The notes beneath the pieces were generated by a model. The model searched no databases and was not told the origin of the DNA. It saw only the letters and a list, made by a program, of their open reading frames with translations. The position numbers and the translations under genes were made by a program. 11,105 nucleotides of DNA. Origin: Nitrososphaeria archaeon (lineage in GTDB: Archaea; Thermoproteota; Nitrososphaeria; JACIWG01). Below are positions 7,336 to 11,105 of the stretch, piece by piece. Location: positions 1 through 11,105 of the forward strand of contig JBEKIG010000030.1 of NCBI GenBank assembly GCA_050011875.1. The letters run 5' to 3'. Position 1 is the stretch's first letter. Every line of letters starts with the position of its first letter.

Positions 7336-7677
7336 ATGCCAGGATATAAGCATCCCTGTCGATATTGCAATCAACTTGTTTCTGCAGACGCTAACGTCTG
7401 CCCATTCTGTGATAGAGTCAATCCTGTTGGCCCTTTAAGATGTCCAAAATGCAGAAATCCAATCCAAAAAGGACAGAAAAGTTGCAGTAATTGCGGTCTT
7501 TCATTGAACATCTCCTGCCCCAGCTGTGGCGCGCCAACCTTCTTCGGCGACTACTGCGACAATTGTAATAAACGTCTTGTTGTAATTTGCCCGAATAAGA
7601 AATGCAGAACTGAGCAGCCTCCGATAGGGGAGAAATGTATAAAATGTGGTAAATCTCTTATAGAAGGTGGTAAATAG
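7336..7677 (+). CDS. Multi zinc-ribbon (double zinc ribbon, DZR-type) protein, 113 aa
   Basis: Eight Cys pairs (CRYC, CPFC, CPKC, CSNC, CPSC, CDNC, CPNKKC, CIKC), enough for four Zn sites. Confidence 0.9.
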   Translation: MPGYKHPCRYCNQLVSADANVCPFCDRVNPVGPLRCPKCRNPIQKGQKSCSNCGLSLNISCPSCGAPTFFGDYCDNCNKRLVVICPNKKCRTEQPPIGEKCIKCGKSLIEGGK

Positions 7678-7679
7678 CA

Positions 7680-8342
7680 ATGCCTTTGCAACCTTTTACA
7701 AGAAACTATCAAGACAATAGTTCCGAAGCAGGGTTCCAGTTCACTTTTTTATGTGATATATGTAACGATGGGTATAAGACACAATTCATTGAATCCAAAA
7801 CCTACAAGAAGGCTGGACTTTTCCGAGGATTCGGGAAAGCGGTCTCTGTTGGAACAGGACTTTTTGGCAGCGGTGCGGGCTCCAGCATTGAAAGCGGTAC
7901 AGATGTGCTTTCACAGCGCTATCAAGGTATGACACCTCAATGGCATAAGGAACATGAGGGGGCTTTTGAAATCGCACAAAATGAAGCTAAAGAACACTTC
8001 TTCCGTTGCCCAAGATGTAAAAAATATGTTTGTGAAAACGATTGGAATGAACAAGATGGCTTATGCGTAGACGATGCTCCACGGGAAAATGTTGAAGTGG
8101 CTGCAGCAAGAGCACAAAAAATGGTTGAAGACATAAAGGAAAAAGCTGAAAGTACCAAAGTCTATTCTGGTGAAATTGAAAGAAAGCAGACTATCTGTCC
8201 TCAATGCGGCAAGCCAGCTGGAGAAGGAAAATTCTGCAATAACTGTGGTGCACCACTTGGTCTAATAAAATGCCCTAAATGTGGAGCTCAAAGCCCTGCT
8301 GGGACAAGATTCTGCGGCGAATGTGGCACAAAGTTTGAGTAG
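7680..8342 (+). CDS. Zinc-ribbon domain protein with C-terminal DZR, 220 aa
   Basis: N-terminal GFQFTFLCDIC...CPRCKKYVC...GLC Cys set interrupted by a Gly-rich segment, then a helical linker and CPQC/CNNC/CPKC/CGEC. Starts 2 nt after the previous stop, with SD-like AAGGTGG inside the end of that gene. Confidence 0.9.
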   Translation: MPLQPFTRNYQDNSSEAGFQFTFLCDICNDGYKTQFIESKTYKKAGLFRGFGKAVSVGTGLFGSGAGSSIESGTDVLSQRYQGMTPQWHKEHEGAFEIAQNEAKEHFFRCPRCKKYVCENDWNEQDGLCVDDAPRENVEVAAARAQKMVEDIKEKAESTKVYSGEIERKQTICPQCGKPAGEGKFCNNCGAPLGLIKCPKCGAQSPAGTRFCGECGTKFE

Positions 8343-8441
8343 AAAGTAAACTGTTGAAACTAATAGTACTAATAGTTCACCATTTAAATGACTGAAAGAC
8401 AAAATAAACAGCTATATAATTGCTGGGAATATTTCTTAGCA

Positions 8442-9326
8442 CTATTGATGTGCTTTATTATTACGACGCGAACCGACTGGACATGATGTTAAGCATGAAA
8501 GCCAGCACCATGGAATCTCTCCATTGTTGATTCTGGATAGGAACAAGTTATTCTGTATGACTTCAGGCAGCATATTTGCCTTACGAACCTTCTGGAGTTG
8601 CTCTCTGAAACTACCCACCATCAAGTCCTCTACAGAGATCTCCTCATGTGGCATGGACATGACACTAGACATACTCCCACAACCCCAAATACACCTCCAC
8701 TTGGAGTGTTTACCGTGTTCATACTTCCTACCTCCAATTACAAATTCTTCTTTCTTTCTACTGATAGCTCCAGAAGCACAGACACCTAAGCAGGCGTAGC
8801 CACATTTATCTGGTTCACATACTTTACCCTCGTACAATGGATCCGCCTTTAAAGGCGCGTTTGTTATAACGGAACCAAGAATCTGTCTAGGGCCAAACTT
8901 TGGTGATAGGAATAGGTTATTCCATCCTATCTGGCCTAAACCCGCAGCTACAGCAGCATGTTTATGCGAAAGTTCGCCGATCATTATACGTGGGTCTTTG
9001 GGATTTTGTGCAGGTATAGGATAAGCATCGTAACCTTGTGATTCTAGAAAATGTGCAACCCAATAAGCGAGTTCATCCACTTGGTCATATAATTTATCGT
9101 TAACGAAATGTTGGAACGAAATACTGGATTTTTTCTGTCTTAGGACATTAACAAGTGCTTCGTTAAACTTCTGACCGAGGGAAATAACCGCTTTAGCATC
9201 AGAAATATAAAATTGAGGTCTATATCTCTCAGGAGCAGCATCGAATCTATCTACAGATGCAATTCCAACAAGGTGTGCTCCTTTTTTAAAAGAAAAAATT
9301 TTTACCTTTTCAGTTAAGTCATGCAT
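8442..9326 (-). CDS. Epoxyqueuosine reductase (QueG)/reductive dehalogenase-like cobalamin- and 4Fe-4S-binding protein
   Basis: GAHLVGIA, SHKHAAVAAGLGQIGWNNLFLSPKFGPRQILGSVIT, and Cys clusters CEPDKCGYACLGVC, CIWGC and CWLSCLTSCP. ATG 9326 is preferred over 9353 because a TATA-like TAATATAT (9359-9352) overlaps the latter. Confidence 0.85.
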   Translation of the reverse strand: MHDLTEKVKIFSFKKGAHLVGIASVDRFDAAPERYRPQFYISDAKAVISLGQKFNEALVNVLRQKKSSISFQHFVNDKLYDQVDELAYWVAHFLESQGYDAYPIPAQNPKDPRIMIGELSHKHAAVAAGLGQIGWNNLFLSPKFGPRQILGSVITNAPLKADPLYEGKVCEPDKCGYACLGVCASGAISRKKEEFVIGGRKYEHGKHSKWRCIWGCGSMSSVMSMPHEEISVEDLMVGSFREQLQKVRKANMLPEVIQNNLFLSRINNGEIPWCWLSCLTSCPVGSRRNNKAHQ

Positions 9327-9397
9327 TAGCAATGTATTAACTATTACATGCATATATTATTTATGGTGACTGCCCAATTCCTATGATTCTAATGGAA

Positions 9398-9418
9398 GTT
9401 GCCTTGAATGAATAAAAT
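9398..9418 (+). repeat. 21-bp direct repeat, right copy (att/TSD-like)
   Basis: GTTGCCTTGAATGAATAAAAT, identical to 5755-5775. Overlaps the last base of the nitrilase-family stop codon. Confidence 0.95.
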
Positions 9419-10260
9419 TATGGGCCTCTATAGCCCCTTTTTGAAAGGTAGCCAGCGTAATCAGTTCCCTTTACCTTTCGAGACACCGCTTGAAGGTTGA
9501 TGTAAAGTAAAGCCTCCGAGTTCACACCATACGGTCCCTGTGAGAGGATTTTTCCTTCTGGCCCAACTGCCAACGAGCATCCTATTGTTTTTCTGCCTTT
9601 CCATGGCCCGGCATCGATCCATCCCACGTTGCTTACTCCCACTACGGAGATTCCGTAAAGCTTGCTGAGCGTGCTATAACTTTTGTACCAGTCTTTGCCG
9701 TACGGTTCCTTCTCGTTGTCATGATCTGCGCTTACTGCCCAAGCACATGGGGAGAATATGAAGTGGGCTCCCATCCTGGATAGGACGTGTCCTATGGCAA
9801 GAGAGAATTCAAAGTTATCGGCGCAGATATTTACCCCTATATTTCCGAATTTGGTTTCGACAACTGAAAGAAAGGTCCCCACATCGTATAGGTCCTGCTC
9901 AATATCTAGGAGGTTGATCTTCCTGTGTTTTAGTAGAATTTTTCCTGAACTGTCGATTAAAATGGCAGAATCATATATCTTCTTATCCTCCCGTTCCGTT
10001 AACCCTGCCAGGACCATTATATTATTCCGTCTAGCTGCTCCACAGAGGCGATCTGACGTTTTCCCCGGTATTTCATCAGATAATTCATGAGCGCTGGGGT
10101 GGGTCCAACCCAGGTCAAGGCACTCCGGAAGGACGATCACCTGACATCCCCCTTTAGAGGCTTCGGCAATGGTTCCCTCTGCCCTATCAAGATTTACCGA
10201 CCTATCCCCACCTATAACTTTCATCTGGCCCATCGCTAACCTAAAGGTCTTGTAACGCAA
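9418..10260 (-). CDS. Carbon-nitrogen hydrolase (nitrilase superfamily), 280 aa
   Basis: Glu-Lys-Cys triad motifs VIVLPEC, KHRKINL and GVNICAD, plus N-terminal LAMGQM and C-terminal GCSLAVGPEG. TTG start with BRE/TATA-like GAAAAAGCTTAAGT about 27-40 nt upstream. Confidence 0.93.
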   Translation of the reverse strand: MRYKTFRLAMGQMKVIGGDRSVNLDRAEGTIAEASKGGCQVIVLPECLDLGWTHPSAHELSDEIPGKTSDRLCGAARRNNIMVLAGLTEREDKKIYDSAILIDSSGKILLKHRKINLLDIEQDLYDVGTFLSVVETKFGNIGVNICADNFEFSLAIGHVLSRMGAHFIFSPCAWAVSADHDNEKEPYGKDWYKSYSTLSKLYGISVVGVSNVGWIDAGPWKGRKTIGCSLAVGPEGKILSQGPYGVNSEALLYINLQAVSRKVKGTDYAGYLSKRGYRGP

Positions 10261-10312
10261 TTCACATTATTTCCTAAATTGCTAAAACTTAAGCTTTTTC
10301 ACCGCATGCAAA

Positions 10313-10327
10313 ATATATATATATATA
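10313..10327 (+). promoter_or_regulatory. (AT)7A dinucleotide tract at the TATA position
   Basis: ATATATATATATATA at -38 to -24 relative to TTG 10351, preceded by BRE-like GCAAA. Confidence 0.6.
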
Positions 10328-10350
10328 GTCTAAAAAAGGCGATACTAAGC

Positions 10351-11105
10351 TTGACGAAGATCGAAGATCATACAGATTTTCAGATACTAACGCATATCTT
10401 GGAGAATGGACCTAAAAACAGATTCGAACTGCGTAGAGAGCTAAGAAAACCCTATACAACCGTTTATGATACAGTTAAAATTCTATTTAATGATAAATTT
10501 TTATGCACTAGCAGAAAAAAGAAAGTAAAGAACGTTGAATACTGCGATTTGACTTTGTATGGATTAATAGTATTAATTAGAGCGTATCCTAAGATATGGG
10601 AAAAAATTGATAGCATCGCACAGATTCATTCCGACCGATTACTGATATTTAATAAATGGGATTTTTTCGTCAAAAATGGTCTAAGGGAAGAGATTATTAA
10701 AAGATTAAAGCTTACAATTGAATCTTGTAATGAGTGGGATCTTTACGTCTTTGCAGAGGTAGAACAGAGAAAATATGCAATAAACCCTTTTTATTCACCA
10801 GAAATAATTCAATTAAGCAAAAAGCTTGAAACCACCTTCTCCGAAGCTATACGCAACCAGACTTTCAAAGAAAGGGATCCCGAATTATATAAGCAAATGA
10901 TTAAAATACAATCTGAAGGGTTTGATGCATACACGTACAAAGAGCGGGCAGAGGAATTCTCTGAGACATTTAATGAATTTCTATATGAATTAAATGATCC
11001 CCGTCCTTTAATGATAAAACAATTCCTCTTTGGCTTTGATCCCGAAAAATTAAGCTTTGAATATTCAAAGTCCCTCTTGTATTCGGAGAAAGATACAAAA
11101 TATTT
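10351..11105 (+). CDS. N-terminal winged-HTH protein, 3'-truncated by the window edge (>251 aa)
   Basis: Manual translation from TTG 10351 is open to the end of the window: MTKIEDHTDFQILTHILENGPKNRFELRRELRKPYTTVYDTVKILFNDKFL...VEYCDLTLYGL, an ArsR/MarR-like wHTH pattern. Absent from the ORF track, presumably because it has no stop in the window. Confidence 0.8.
   Translation, partial: MTKIEDHTDFQILTHILENGPKNRFELRRELRKPYTTVYDTVKILFNDKFLCTSRKKKVKNVEYCDLTLYGLIVLIRAYPKIWEKIDSIAQIHSDRLLIFNKWDFFVKNGLREEIIKRLKLTIESCNEWDLYVFAEVEQRKYAINPFYSPEIIQLSKKLETTFSEAIRNQTFKERDPELYKQMIKIQSEGFDAYTYKERAEEFSETFNEFLYELNDPRPLMIKQFLFGFDPEKLSFEYSKSLLYSEKDTKY

Noticed and set aside
7786-10090. ORFs 7786..7977, 7937..8158, 8524..8799, 8598..8789 and 9758..10090
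   Set aside because: All lie antisense within well-supported genes and show no independent coding signal.

Overview
AT-rich, compositionally mosaic accessory region, most likely archaeal. TATA-like boxes lie ~25-30 nt upstream of several apparently leaderless starts, there is a GGAGGTGA Shine-Dalgarno site, and the TatA tail is of archaeal type; a TACK lineage such as Bathyarchaeia or Nitrososphaeria is an inference. From left to right: a divergent pair of small NIPSNAP/ABM-like proteins; a ribbon-helix-helix regulator with a repeat-flanked promoter followed by a membrane protein; a TatA with a duplicated C-terminal module; a transposase C-terminal remnant; a small 2-TM protein; an AT-rich stretch plus an iteron-like CGTTAA array downstream of a 462-aa mosaic gene with a C-terminal winged helix; a 3.6-kb segment bounded by an exact 21-bp direct repeat (5755-5775 and 9398-9418) carrying a tandem-PH-like/zinc-ribbon three-gene operon and a QueG/RdhA-like Fe-S protein; a nitrilase-family hydrolase; and a wHTH ORF running off the right edge that is missing from the ORF track. 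No tRNA, rRNA, CRISPR array or intact integrase was recognised. The best candidate for an undescribed system is the repeat-bounded PH-PH/zinc-ribbon cassette; the second is the repeat array with the wHTH gene. All family calls are by-eye motif recognition, not database searches.
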